From Marsupella aquatica (taxonomy: Eukaryota; Plantae; Marchantiophyta), in NCBI GenBank assembly GCA_973895155.1, contig OZ316894.1, positions 8,952,234-9,016,233 of the forward strand: a DNA stretch of 64,000 bases, in the 5' to 3' direction. Shown in pieces: positions 38,432 to 51,326 of this stretch. Position 1 is the stretch's first letter; each line of letters starts with the position of its first letter. The translations under genes were made by a program, and so were the position numbers. Under the pieces are notes generated by a model. The model saw only the letters and a program-made list of their open reading frames with translations, ran no database searches and was not told the DNA's origin.

Positions 38432-39466
38432 TCATAAAACATACTCATCATTGAGTAAATCAGCTTCTCCATCAGCCCTAGCCACATTTGCCGATGAAGT
38501 TTCCGCTGCCTTTCCCTTACAGTCTCGCTTGAAGTGTCCAACTTGGTTGCACTTCCAACATGTCACTTGCCTCCTCTGAGGGGATTTACCCTTGGACTTA
38601 GATCTGGATTTAGATCTAAACTGGGTTCTACGGTCCCCAGTTGGTCGCTGCATACTCCTCCCACGGTTAACATTGAGGGCAGCACCAGATGATGAAGGCT
38701 GTGACGTGATGTGCATCTTCTGCTGAAGATCATCACTAAGCAGAGAACTTACCACGTCATTGTATGAAATGGTATCCCTATCACGATGCAACAACACTCG
38801 TGATAGGGACTGGTAAGATGGAGGCAATGAACTAAGAAGCTGCAGAGCCTTCGTCTCATCATTCAAAGTCTCCCCAAGGTTTTCCAAGTCAACGACCATG
38901 TCGTTGAAAGCATCCACATGGTCTTGCAACTTCGTACCAGATTCCTTCATCCTGAAACTCATCAGTTTGTAGGAAGTGTAGAGCCAGTTTGACAACTCCT
39001 TGCGGTGATACTTGCTCTGCAATTCCGCAAACAAGGACATGCAATCCTTATGTGCACCTAACTGCTTGATGATGGGAGGCATGAGATAGAGTGTAACACA
39101 CCACACTCCCTGCTCCTGCATGCGGTCCCATTGTTTCTCATCAACATCGTCTTCACGAGGGCTCAGCAGTTGGCCCATCCCTGACGCATAAAGCACTCCC
39201 TTCACCTGCTTCTCCCATAGCAAGTAGTCAGAGCGCCCATCATACTTTGTCACTTCATACTTGGGTCCCCCAAGCTTGAAAGTCCCCATCTTCTTCTTTA
39301 CCGTGAGCTCCGGTAGTAGTACTGCTTCCTCCACCACACGCCGCACCGGTGATGGTATCGGTGTCACGTGCTCTTCCTCTTGCTCCTCTCTCTGCCCCTG
39401 AAACCTCCGCGGTGATCCTCGTGCTTCAAGTTCCACGTCTTCGAAAAACTCCTCCGAATCACTCAT
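38432..39466 (-). CDS. gag: Copia Gag with CCHC zinc knuckle, ending in TGA
   Basis: KYDGRSDYLLW, LLSSLPPSY, CWKCNQVGHFKRDC; 344 aa. Confidence 0.92.
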   Translation of the reverse strand: MSDSEEFFEDVELEARGSPRRFQGQREEQEEEHVTPIPSPVRRVVEEAVLLPELTVKKKMGTFKLGGPKYEVTKYDGRSDYLLWEKQVKGVLYASGMGQLLSPREDDVDEKQWDRMQEQGVWCVTLYLMPPIIKQLGAHKDCMSLFAELQSKYHRKELSNWLYTSYKLMSFRMKESGTKLQDHVDAFNDMVVDLENLGETLNDETKALQLLSSLPPSYQSLSRVLLHRDRDTISYNDVVSSLLSDDLQQKMHITSQPSSSGAALNVNRGRSMQRPTGDRRTQFRSKSRSKSKGKSPQRRQVTCWKCNQVGHFKRDCKGKAAETSSANVARADGEADLLNDEYVL

Positions 39467-40605
39467 ATGAGAAAGTCACAAAAAATGTTGTTTTTCACAA
39501 CTTCTCAAAAAACTCGAAACTCAACATCGCCGCGTAGCCCACAAAGCTAGGAGTCCAATACTGAAAACCAAAATCAAAATCGAAATTTGACGGAAAAGTT
39601 ATTCAAATTTCGGTCGAGGTGGGTAAAACCTTGGGAAACTCCCCCGTTTTGACCACCTCAGGGAATAACCGAAATACCAAGTACAACCCGTTGTCGGAAT
39701 TGCGATGTGATTGGTGCGCTGCATTGCCAACTTCAATGGCTACGACCTCGCCGAAAAATAACCAAAAAAGTTACCGTTCGGCGGATGAAATCTTTGTCGG
39801 ACGATCAAAAAATAGCTCTCTGGTTTTTTGGAATATTCTATGACCCTTGTACAGGCCCTGTGGGAATTTTGGAAGAACAATCGAGGGGCTGACATGTGTC
39901 CTCGAACCCCCAAAACCCCCTACCACCCTTCGTCGTCGAAATCTGGTCGCGCGCGCAGAAAATACACACGGCAGAATGTACCCCTCGACACCAAACGCAA
40001 GATATCTCACTCGGGTTTTGACAAATCAAGATCCGATTTCAGATTTGGAAACTAGACTCCGAGGCGATGAAGATCGATATAAGAAGCACCCAAAACGAGG
40101 AAAGAACGAGAGAGAAAAAAATTGGTAAAGATGACAGATTTCTCTCAATTGCCATAGCCAATTTCGAATCAGTTTTTCAAAGAGAAAAAAATGGTACCTT
40201 GTCAACAACGAATGTTGATCAATTGCACTTGGTGCCGTCACCAAGTCCAACAAGGTAATTGATTTTGCTTAGCCTTCCTCTTTGCATCAAAGAGCCAATC
40301 CCGGACTCAAAAACAATCGTCTTGCCTCAATCTCTCCGTTGAGTCAAAACACTTGATGCTTCTCCCTCCGAGTCGATTGCCAACTTTCTTCACAAAATCC
40401 AGAACGACGAAAACTTAGATCTCTCTGCACCATGAGCTCCGTTCAACGATTTCTTCACACCGTTAGAAAGCTCTTGCCCTGATCTATCCGTTGAGCCCAT
40501 AAACTCCAAGTTCCATGCGATGGAACTCTGGAAAATCCACCAACACTCAACGCTGGAAAAACCGTCATGAAATCCCGTCACGAACACACGTCACCTCCCA
40601 AGCAT

Positions 40606-40617
40606 GCTCTGATACCA
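40606..40617 (-). promoter_or_regulatory. Primer-binding site, tRNA-iMet
   Basis: Reverse complement TGGTATCAGAGC, 2 nt inside the 5' LTR. Confidence 0.95.
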
Positions 40618-40619
40618 AT

Positions 40620-41040
40620 TGTTGAGCATAGACGACGATCGCAATGGCAAGCCCATGAACCATCCAACGCACAATAGTCGACACAAGAGATACGTGGTTC
40701 ACCTCCTCGAGGCTACGTCCACGGGAACACACAAGAGAGCTTTACTGAACTCTAAGCCCGTCGGCTATACCGAGTCTCCACAGTGTAAGCTCTCCCTATC
40801 TCTCAAGTGGCTCCATAACAATGAGCCTTGGTTCTACCTCTCCAAGCACACATGCCTCTTATGATATAGTGTGCAACTTAGTTGTACCTAACCACATAGT
40901 TGTACCTAATCACGTAGTTGTACCTAACCACATAGTTGTACCTAATCACGTAGTTGTACCTAACCACATAGTTGTACCAACCCACGTTGTTGTACCAACC
41001 ACGTCATACCTAACCTAGACGTAAGAGTAAATACCCAACA
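40620..41040 (-). repeat. 5' LTR of copia element
   Basis: Same sequence as 34547-34967. Confidence 0.97.
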
Positions 41041-42044
41041 GGGGGGAGGGGGGATGGGGGGAAAACAAACTAAGTTAAAACATTCTCTTTCTATGTAGCA
41101 TCATTTGTGCAACCCCTCCTGGACCCCATGATGCCCCAGGACATTCTTACCCATCTTGCCGCCCTCCACTCACTTAACTTACCCTCCCAACAATATCACT
41201 ACTCAACTCTCACAAGAATATGGACTAAAATGACATCATTGTGGCACCAACAAACATGCACCGAAAATAATGACACTCCGCATTCTCATAAAATGACTAC
41301 ATAGATGACATAGTTGGAACACCAACACTTCCGCAACAATCACACGAACACTACAATAGCAAGCACTCAAAATGATAATTGACTTTCAGAACCACAATAC
41401 AATTGCAATGACAACCCAACCACAAGCACAACACAATTGCAACAATAATTGTGCACTGCATTATTTGACATAGGGCCCAAAAGTTCACAGTGCGTCCACC
41501 ACACTTAATTCTTTTTCTCAACTACTTCCTCCACAAAATCTTTTGCAAGGTGGGAGGGGGCCATGGCCCCCACCCAAGTGGTTCTCCCATTTCCTTTACA
41601 TGACTTGGAATTAGATTTTTTACCCCAAAGCTCATAAGTGTCTCTTGCTCATAAGTGGATCATTTTTCTTTGCCTGCACCTCTATTTGCTGATACATAAG
41701 TTTGCTTGCCTAAGTTCAATTTTGTGTCTCTTCTCTCCTTTGAGTATTTTGATTTTCTGTCTTGCCTCACACATCATTACTCTACTCCTTGCTCAGCCTC
41801 TCACCCCAACTCCAGGTGCAAGTTTTCTTGCATTGGGCTCCCTTCTTCTGTGGGGTCCAAGATCTCCTAGCCTCCCTCACCTCGCCCCACACTTCTCCCC
41901 TTAGTTGGAATCTTGGCAATTGTTGTGATTGACAATACTACTAAATCTAGTATTACAACAATCTTTCCACAAATACAACACTTCCCTTCAACAAATTTCT
42001 TTTTTGAAACATTTTCACCTTGGATTGAAAACATTTTCTCTTAA

Positions 42045-42590
42045 CAACATTTTCTCTCAACTACTTAGTTAGTGTATATCTCACTTCTCAATTTCTCTCA
42101 CCTATACATTTCTTCCTCTCCTTGACACCCTTTTTTCACATTGATATCTTTTTTCCACCCAAACTGTAAGTATGACCAGGATCACACATAACATGCCTGA
42201 ACAACTACATTGCAAAGCTTATATGTTTTTGTGTCACCTTGACATCTTTTCTTGCGATGACTCTTTTTCTCATCTGGCCATTTTACTCACATTTACATTC
42301 CTATCTCACCACAACATTTTTTCGCTCTCAACTACTTACTTAGTGTACATCTCACTTCTCAATTTCTCTCACCTCTACATTTCTTTCTCTCCTTGACACC
42401 CTTTTTTCACATTGATATCTTTTTTCTCACCCGAACTGTATGACCAGGATCACACATAACATGCCTGAACAACTACATTGGAAAACTTATATATTTTTTG
42501 CGTCACCTTGACATCTTTTCTTACCTTGACTCTTTTTCTCATCTTGCCATTTTACTCTCATTGACATTTCTATCTCACCACAACATTTTT
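42045..42590. repeat. Two tandem ~270-bp pyrimidine-rich units
   Basis: CTCTCAACTACTTA...TATGACCAGGATCACACATAACATGCCTGAACAACTACATTG...CACCTTGACATCTTTTCTT duplicated. Confidence 0.88.
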
Positions 42591-42877
42591 TCACACCCCT
42601 CGACATCTTTTGCTCTCCTTCACATTTTTTTCTCTCCTCAAGATCTTTTCTCACTTGGCTTGACATTCTTTAGTATACATATGTCAGATACCAAAGGAGA
42701 CTATTCACAACGAGTATATAACTTTGTGCCCAAAGAGTGCTTATCCTTTACCTAAGTCGGATACCAAAGGAGAGTCACAACGAGTATTTTGTTTAGGGGC
42801 TCTCAACTCTGCACTATGAATTGGACAGCCAGGATGAAGAATTGTACAGACTTTGATCTGCGTCGTCGATTGCGTCG

Positions 42878-43345
42878 CTGCTCTCGTCCTTTTCGCTTTT
42901 CGGAGCTTCCTCGGAGACAGACAATTTTCGAGCTGCGGCTCTCCTCCTTTCGCTCCAGGGAGCTTCCTTGAGAGAGACAATTTTCAAGCCGCTGCTCTCC
43001 TCTCGTCGCTTTTCCGAGCTTCCTTGAGAGAGAATTTTTTTTAGGCGCTGCTCTCCTCTGGTCGCTTTTTGGAGCTAGAGACAATTTTTGAGCAGCTACT
43101 CTCAGCTGTTCGCTTTTTGGAGCTACAATTTTCAAGCCACTGCTCTCCTCTGTTCGCTCTTGGGAGCTTCCTCGAGAGAGACAATATTCAAGCCGCTGCT
43201 CTCCTCTGTTCGCTTTTTGGAGCTTCACGAAGAAAAAGTATTTTCCAGCTGCTGCTCTCCTCTGTTCGCTTTTCGGAGCTTCCTTGAGAGAGACAATTTT
43301 TGAGCCGCTGCTCCTCTGTTCGCTTTTTTGGAGCTTCCTTGAGAA
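42878..43345. repeat. ~57-bp minisatellite, about 8-9 units
   Basis: GCTGCTCTCCTCTGTTCGCTTTT(C/T)GGAGCTTCCTTGAGAGAGACAATTTT repeated. Confidence 0.92.
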
Positions 43346-45454
43346 AGGCAATTTGCAAGCATCAATGGATTGTACCTTTGATTAATGTCGATGCTGCCGC
43401 GCGGAACTTTCCCTTGATCACAACTGTATGACGCGCGGGGTAAGAATGTTTATCGGTGGTCGGAAGAGCACTTTTGACTTTGTTTGCTTTCTGCCGGGAG
43501 TGAATATTTAAAGTAACACACCAATGGAGAGTGACCATCACGCGTCCACCATTACCTTTACTCTGGGATTGCATATCTGCGCACCTTCTCTCTCGACAGG
43601 ATCGAGCTGTCCGTGGCGAAAGTCGAAAGACTCCTTTCCGCGATTGCTTGGGAGATTCCTGGCTTTAGAAATTGTATTTTTGGAATATAGAGGCATTCCC
43701 TGTCAAATCTCACGGCAAATCGTTCTCCTTTCAGCTGGCTGCAGGACGCGTCGTCATCGTTTCGTACAGTTGGTGCGTTGTGCAGTGGACGCAAATTGCT
43801 CTGCATCTTTGTACCGCTCGGCACCAAAGGTGTTCCCCATGGCTGTCACGATCGCAGAAAGCACAGTCTGAGGCTCAGTTTGTCCCAAAGTGACATGCAA
43901 CCTCTCGGCGATCTGTTACTCGTACGCGTAGAGGCGAATGGACCACATTTAGTCATTCGGCAAGAAAGGGATCCAGTCTGACCGTGAACATTTCCGTGAA
44001 GGAAGAAGCAAAAGAAGCTGATGAATTCTGCACGAAGGTGCGAGCTGAGGTTTGTCACCCTGTGCTTTGCTGTTGCTTTTGGTTCTCATGGAATGTTCAA
44101 GGGAGATATTCACTGGTAGATTTAAAGCTATGAGGGCCAATGTACGACTGCTCCAGGATCTGATTGGCACACAAGACAATTTGTGTGATGATGCGATTCC
44201 ATGGAGAGAGCCTGTGGGCAAGCCAGGCAAATCATTTGCCGCGTATCACAAAATTCGGAGAGGGGAGTTGAGATTTGCATTGCCTTCCCATTGTAAGAGC
44301 ATGACTACGGCGTAGCCGTCATGTGTTCGGTACGCCTTATTTGCTGGATCATTTAGCAGGCCAACGCAGCCTTCGCCAGAGTGAATCACACTACTCCACC
44401 GCTAGGCTCGCTCTGTAGGCCACGTTGACCACAGCAACAAAACGTGGCATCATTTACTTGCTTCTGCTCATTCGGGCAATTCTGTGACGTCCTATGAAGT
44501 ATGAACAATGTCCAGAACGCGAAAAGCAACACGAGTTTGAGCAGAATCTTCCGATGTTGCCAAATTCAAGTCAACAGGGCCAATTCAAGGCGAACTTGGC
44601 TAGAACCGGAAGTCGATCTGATACGCTGTGCATCTTATATGATAGGCTTTGCATTCTCCTCTGAGTTCCGGAAGTAAGACTTGCTGATCTGATTACTGAT
44701 ATTCCCTGAGAAAGCCGAAGTGAGCGACGTTTTATTAATTGATTCATATGACATTCTGTTGATAAGCAGGGATTCTGTTCACGGAAACAATCCAAAACAA
44801 TATCCAGGAGCATCTCCTTCAGACGAAACGTAGCGTTGAGGATGCTCTGAGTGCATGACTGTGGAGCGCCGAAGCAAGGTTTTACTTCAACGGCGGCTGA
44901 GGTACATTCTCTACGATCGGAAGCAAGACACTACCACGCGGTAATTAGCATTGAGGTTTTCCATTTACTTGAGTATCCGCATTCCACATATCACAGTGTC
45001 CCATGTTTCCCTGAATGCACACTACCTTCGAGGCACAGTCAAGCAGCAGAGCATGCAGTGACATAATCCTTCGAGGAACATTCAACCAACATTAAAACAA
45101 CAGGACATGCGGTGAATGTCTGTCAATTGTGATCAATGTGGCATGTAAAACTTTTGACCGTTTTGTAGCTTCTGTTAACGTGTTTCGCAATGCTTTCTCG
45201 TCAGACTGAACTAATTTGGTTTTGAACTAAAGTCTTCTTTGAAAATTAGGACTGGCACGGATACCAGTAACTTCACTTCATTTGATAGCTTACAGTATTC
45301 AGTAATATTTTGGATGAATTTACCGAAAGGCCGAACTTTGCTGCAAGTGCGTAGCTTCAGTAGTCTACGCCTGAAGGCTGTGGAAACAGGGAAGCTTTTC
45401 TCATTATCATCATCGCGAGGAAGGATAGAGAAAGGGGCGCCTACTTACTAAACA

Positions 45455-47889
45455 ATGGATGAAATTGCTTCCACGAGTGGGAAGCAGATGCAGGTTAATG
45501 GCGTGAACCCCTCCGGTGAAATCGAGCTCCAAGCTCCGAACGACGGAATCAATGGGCAGGTGGCAGAGTCTCGACAGCAGGAGAACGGGAACTCAAATCC
45601 CAGGGGCCCAGAGAGTCAGATTCCGGCTCAGCCTTTGTCTAGAAAGAAGACTAGGAAGGAGAAGAGACTCGAAAGTTGGGCCTTAACTGAACCTGGGCCA
45701 AATCTGTGCAGAACGTGTGGAGTTGGCTCCTGCTGTTGCTGGAACGGGTCGATGGACTCAATTGGTTGCCCGCTGGCTTCGCAGTCCGATGTTTTTGAGA
45801 TTCTTCACCACTCCAGGCTAGTGAGTAGGGTCATCCATGGAAATTGCTCAACGTATACATAGCTTTGAGACAAGAGGTTGACATTCAATAGGTCCAAGCA
45901 GACATGAGAAAAATGGATGGATTTTGTCAGATCCCTGTCCCAGTTAGAGAGAATTATAACTGAGGGAGACGAGTATAGATGACCCTTCGTCAGGGAGAAG
46001 ATGGATGACTTTGGAGGCATTAAATTTTGCTAGCACTCATTTCTCGCGTGTTACTCGGTTTGGCGAGGAGTCCACCGGAGTTGAGTAACACGCAAGCCCA
46101 TTGTTGAGGTATGCGGGTTTGTTTGTTTCCGCAAGCAGCATTTTCTGTTGCGTTGTAGACTTCTAAACTTCTCTCATGATTGCTGGTCAGGTGTTGGGGG
46201 CCTATGGGACTGATGTTGATGATCTGGAGAAGCTTATAAAAGAGCAGTATCCGAAATTTAGCAAGCATACCGTGGTCAGGTTTGAATGTGTGGGACAAAA
46301 TAACTGTCCACCATTTTTTATATCTACTGACGATGAAAGGCGGGAGGTGGCCTTGTATATGAGGGGATTGAACCTTCGTCACAAAGCTGATTACATTGCA
46401 TTGATGTCTAATCGCAAGCGCGAGCAGGTCAGACTTCAGAGCTGTATGGCACCTTTCTCAAATATATTGTACCTTTCGTGTCAAAGGTGGACCTGACGGG
46501 TTTGCAGTTTTCTCGTTGTGCAAGTATTTGGGCCATAGTACAGGACTTAGGACAGTTTCCTTGACGGGCGATGCCCATCTCCCAGTCTCCAGCCTTGTCT
46601 TTCTCACTTAATTTTCAGCGATTTATAATGTTCTTGAAAATTAAATTCGGGTCCCGTCCTCTGTTTCCTGGGAGTTACCACTTTCAAGCTATACGAGCAT
46701 CAGCCATGGTAGTTTGTTGAGTTGTTAATTGACCGAAACTTTTCGTATATGTGACCAGGCTTTCCGTGATGGCTACCTTCATGAGGGCATGGGTAAGGCT
46801 GCAGAGTGGTGTTTGGCGCACGTAGTACCTGACGTCAAGGAACAACTGTTGACGCACGAAGGGTATGGGCAAGGTTATAGTTATAGTTATAAGGATAATT
46901 TAATTTTCCTTCTTTCCATAGGCTGAGAAATACGATAGCTTATCGCTGTAGTTGTCTTGCACAGGTACCGTCTGACGTTGGTAGGACATTCCTTAGGAGC
47001 TGGAGTATGTTCAATCCTGACTGCCTTAATATTGGAGGATCGAGCTGCCGTGGGTGGAATTGATCCACATCTAATTCGAGCCTATGCCATTGCACCTCCT
47101 CGTGTTCTGTCCCTAAATTTAGCCAAAAGATATGCTCCAAATATCTACAGTGTCGTCTATCAGGCAAGTGTCTTTATTTTCCAAGTTATGAAGATTCGAG
47201 CTCGACTGGAAGTTTGTAAGATCAGTATGCAGTCGAATATCTACGAAGCAGTTTCTCATCAGTGTTTCTTGGCTGAGTTAGCAGGATGACTTTTTGGCAA
47301 GAATCTCAACTGCATCAGTCAAGAGGGTGTTTGTTGGAGCCTTTGCCTTGTAAGGAACTATCCTCTATTGCCGGTGATGTTGAAGACGGTATTTGAATTT
47401 CATATTGCGAGAAGATAGATGGACAGTTTCAATGCTCACCTTGTCGTCTGATTTGTGGTCATCTCTACAGGACAGGTTTTGTTCTCTTCCTTTATTGGTT
47501 AAGACAACAAATACTGAAGAAGCCTATCTCGGATGTATACCGCTTGTATCCACCTGGACAAATCTTACATGTTGTGTACAGACAGCCTGGTGTCTATCAT
47601 GAGATGCCCATTCAAGTACGACTGGTAGATTCTGCGGAAGGTCGATTTGAGAGAGTCGTCTTGACCTCGTCTGGGACAGCCATGGACCACTCTGTTCTAA
47701 AATTGACAAAACACTTGAAGGTTTGCGACACCGTCATTATGTGCAACAAAGATAGGATAATACTTCCACGTATCTTAAGTTGAAAACTTTCAATATGTAT
47801 GGTGCAGTTGGCAAATACTTATTATCTGAAAAAATTATCTGATTTTGCAGACTTATGACTGGCCACCAGAGTTTCGAGATAAGATTTGA
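45455..47889 (+). CDS. Class-3 lipase (mono/diacylglycerol lipase-like alpha/beta hydrolase)
   Basis: Exons 45455-45820, 46191-46427, 46759-46862, 46965-47163 (GC donor), 47285-47349, 47471-47720, 47851-47889. Motifs MRGLNL, DGYLHEG, VGHSLGAG (nucleophile Ser), YAIAPPRVLSLNLA, QDDFL, LYPPGQILH, GRFERVVL..DH. Confidence 0.9.
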
Positions 47890-50201
47890 TTCTGTTATCG
47901 TATGATAGAAAGGCTACCACTACCCAGCTCTCATGGGGTGCAACCTCAAAGAAATTGTATCAGAACCACTCATCGATTCCTGGATAACGACAAAGTATAT
48001 CTGCTAGTCGTTGAATTTTTCTAGCCAAATGTGGACATGATGTTAAAATCATACCGCAAATCACGGAGATTTTGAATTTTTCGGCTATAAAGACTGTGTA
48101 TTTACGACAACAGCATTCAGCACACAGAGGCCTTGAGAATTCGGAAACAAAATTATGATGTCGGTAGTGCCACGATAAATAGAGCTATGACATTTCTGTT
48201 ACGGTGCTCAACATGTTACGGACAAGGAGATGCTTGTGGGGGTCTTTGCTCTCTAGAAGTTGCTCTCTAGAAGTCTTTGCTCTCTAGAGTCCTATGCAAC
48301 ACCTCTCGTCGCCACATGATCGTGATTACATTCATGGATAGTTGTTATTGGAAGGGTTCCAAGGTTCTGGACACAAAGCACGGTTCTTCGTTGACTGGTT
48401 TTTTGGGACTCGAAATCAACTACACCAGGTTCAGCCTAATTTATAAAGGCAATTTAAGCTTGTAATTGTTTTCAGTTGATTGTAAAGATATTGATGCCAA
48501 TGCATGTCTAATAAGTGCCACATGTTAATCACCAGTGAGCATATTTTGTGCAAGGGGCCTTTTACCCACCTGACCAGACTTTGTCATCTGCGTCTCCTTT
48601 TTTTCTTGAATCTCTAGCAAGTACCATCTGTCTACCGTCCAATGTAGGTTGATCTATGATTTCAACACGACGCCTTCATGACTTGAAGCAATAGTTGACT
48701 TCATCCATGACCATCAAAACTGTACGATCATCTCTCGTTAGAGGTAAGCTTACTAATTCATCAGCCAGGGTTATACATATTGAACTTAATTAACACAAGC
48801 AGCCATGGTTTAGAACAAAGGAGCTGGGAACAGAGATAGATAACAGCTTTATCACAAGCAAGGTGCAAGAGTTTGGAACTTTAAGTACGATTGTCCATGC
48901 ATGATGGAAGAATGGTGGCGAACGCCAGCAACACGTTAATGAGTGATAACAACAAAGCTGACAGAGCTCGCGGCTGGCCAGTGATCCATTCAGCATATCT
49001 CATCAAAAGCGAAGTGATATGGTATGGCAGTGGACATATATGATTAGTGGCAATGTATCTGTATAGTTTTACACGTCTCGGCGTTTGAATTCTAAGGTAT
49101 CCTGTATTACATGCTGCTTGAATTTGACAGTATTTGAACGGTAGGAGCAATTTTACACCGATTCTCTCAATTCACTTACCTTCCTTTGGGGTAAGACGCG
49201 CAGGTTAACACAAACAGAGTCATTCCCAACACAAGGCAAAGAACAGAGTAGATGATAAGATCTCTGACGATCAACACAACCCAATTTCACATATATAACA
49301 GTTGCATGATCAGTCAAGACAAGGAAGGGCATATGCGTTAGGAAAGTAGAAGTAAATTCCATCTGAAATACCACGCTTTTTCAAACAGAGAGCGTGTTTC
49401 TTTGCTCCAAAATAATTGTGTCCAGATTGAACGCGAGGCATTTATGATCTGGGAGTTCAGGCTCAATTGCCGAATAGAAGCAAACTTTCACAAAAGAGGC
49501 TTCCGCATGGGTCAGAACTAGTGCCCAAAGAACCTTCATGTTTAGGAACCCCCGACATAGGAGGCAGACGTTTAGGCAGAGAACCTCTTCTTCGGACATC
49601 GAAAAGCGGAGATCAAATTTACAGTATTGTCAACTAGTATCATACTAGAATACATAACCAAATGCCTTCGGAGGTCTAAGAGGGAACCTATGAACCGAAA
49701 ACCCTAATCGCCTTTCTTCCTGAACGAGCATCTTGCCGTCAACCTTAGCCTGTTTAACTATGATAGTTACAACCGAGACCGTTCATGCACCTAAAAGTTT
49801 TACTCTGGCCCTCAATGGTGAAGCCAGTTCCCTGTCCGATTTTGAAGAACGTTTTTGTTACAACTTTTGAGCTTTCAATGGCTTGGATTTAACACAGTAC
49901 CGTCTGTCCAAGGTTGTTTGTCCCGGTATGGAAGCAACAGGGCGTCAACTGTCATGTCTCTCTCCTTCCCCAAAATTGAAATGGGCATAGACAAGTTTTC
50001 AATATCCAATCCTTTCCGCCCCCAGCCTAACCGTGAGAGCTTCTTGTACCCATAGGCAATGCTGAACATGCCAATCCCAACGAATCCTGTATTTCGTTAT
50101 TGGCCATTTCCTTTTGGGGAGCCGAACCTTTGGACGAGTCGTTTACTGAGCAGGAAAAAGTATGGCCATGATCGAGTTCTCCTGCCCCAGTTTACACAAT
50201 T

Positions 50202-50663
50202 TCACTCCTGCTCAACCTCTCTGAATCCATCCGCCTGCTGTTGAACGGACTTCACAAACCCAACCCCTGGTCTGGGTATGTCACCCTCTTGTGCTGGTTG
50301 CACATCTTCATACTCCATGGCATCCTTCAGGGATTCCTCGTAATCTGTAGCATCTACAGCACCTGGTAAAAAGCTGTCCAACTCATCCCTAGCTCCAAGC
50401 CCCCCAGCCTTCATCACATCCTCTGCCGTAATGGGGGCCTCCATATTGAAATCTGCTCCACCTTTCTGCCCATAGTCCCAATCCTGCAGCTTGGGAGAAA
50501 CTGTATTTTGGGCAGAAGGCGTGACATCGTTGGGAGGTTCAAGAGTCGAATACTCACCTCCTGCTGCCGGTGGCACATGCGTGTAGTCGGGAGCTTCGCT
50601 GGTGACTGTGACAGGAGCAGTTGCCATAACTTCCTCACCTGGGATATCTCCAATTGTCGTCAT
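50202..50663 (-). CDS. Acidic 153-aa uncharacterised protein with a conserved-looking plant motif
   Basis: Clean ATG..TGA ORF with ITAEDVMKAGGLGARDELDSFLP..VDATDYEESLKDAMEYE...RPGVG. Probable 5'UTR intron (donor near 51302, acceptor near 50723). Confidence 0.75.
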   Translation of the reverse strand: MTTIGDIPGEEVMATAPVTVTSEAPDYTHVPPAAGGEYSTLEPPNDVTPSAQNTVSPKLQDWDYGQKGGADFNMEAPITAEDVMKAGGLGARDELDSFLPGAVDATDYEESLKDAMEYEDVQPAQEGDIPRPGVGFVKSVQQQADGFREVEQE

Positions 50664-51326
50664 CGAAACCTTCGCTACTACTCTGTGCAGTGCACTAAGC
50701 AGCCTGGATAAGTTTTTGATAGCTGCAGGAGGCTAACGCAACATCAGAAATTGCAACCGAAGAAAAAAAAAATCTCACTAGGTAAACGCACTGCTGACGA
50801 CGCTACGGTACCTGACTGACTGCTGACTAAAGGCTGATCACTACGCCTGCCAGAAGAGAGAGTACTCTGCAGACATCATTCTGAAGCATTCCAAACGAAA
50901 CAAAAGTAGAGGCTCTCCAACGGCACCAAGTCCTTTCAATTCTTGACATACATACTAAGCCAAGTAGAACGCACTGTCTGGCCCAAATACACAATAAGCC
51001 AAGCACGCGGATCTAGTAACGAAATGCTCACAAAACGCCGCAAGGGAGAAACTCTTTATTCCCAAACAGAACTTTCGTCAGCCCAAAGCAAACGCCAAGA
51101 AATTCTTCGTCCTCACTGCAATAGAACTAGTATGAACTCCGGCCCACAAACTTCGAGTACCGCAATTCAGTCAATCCAAATAAATCAATGGAGGCGACAT
51201 TTCATACCCAGCAACAACAACAACAACAGACTTCGCTCAACCGTTCAATCAATCGTATTACTTCTGCTTGGGTTCTGTCTGCAAGGGGAGAAGGAAACTT
51301 ACTGAGCGGAAAGATTTAGATGAAGG

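Larger units (their letters stand above)
34547..41040 (-). mobile_element. Full-length, very recent Ty1/copia LTR retrotransposon
   Basis: 421-bp TG...CA LTRs at 34547-34967 and 40620-41040 with no difference seen by eye; TSD GGGGG; PBS TGGTATCAGAGC; PPT AAGGGGAAGAT; domain order gag-PR-IN-RT-RH. Confidence 0.98.

Noticed and set aside
38331-38541. Hydrophobic N-terminus of the 1127-aa pol ORF as a transmembrane domain
   Set aside because: It is an off-frame reading; the protease motif WILD..CSFHIC is in the gag frame.
42741-43351. Repetitive ORFs or a CRISPR-like array
   Set aside because: Degenerate minisatellite with no unique spacers, in a eukaryotic context.
43500-44400. CpG-rich region with overlapping short ORFs
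   Set aside because: No frame gave a recognisable protein.
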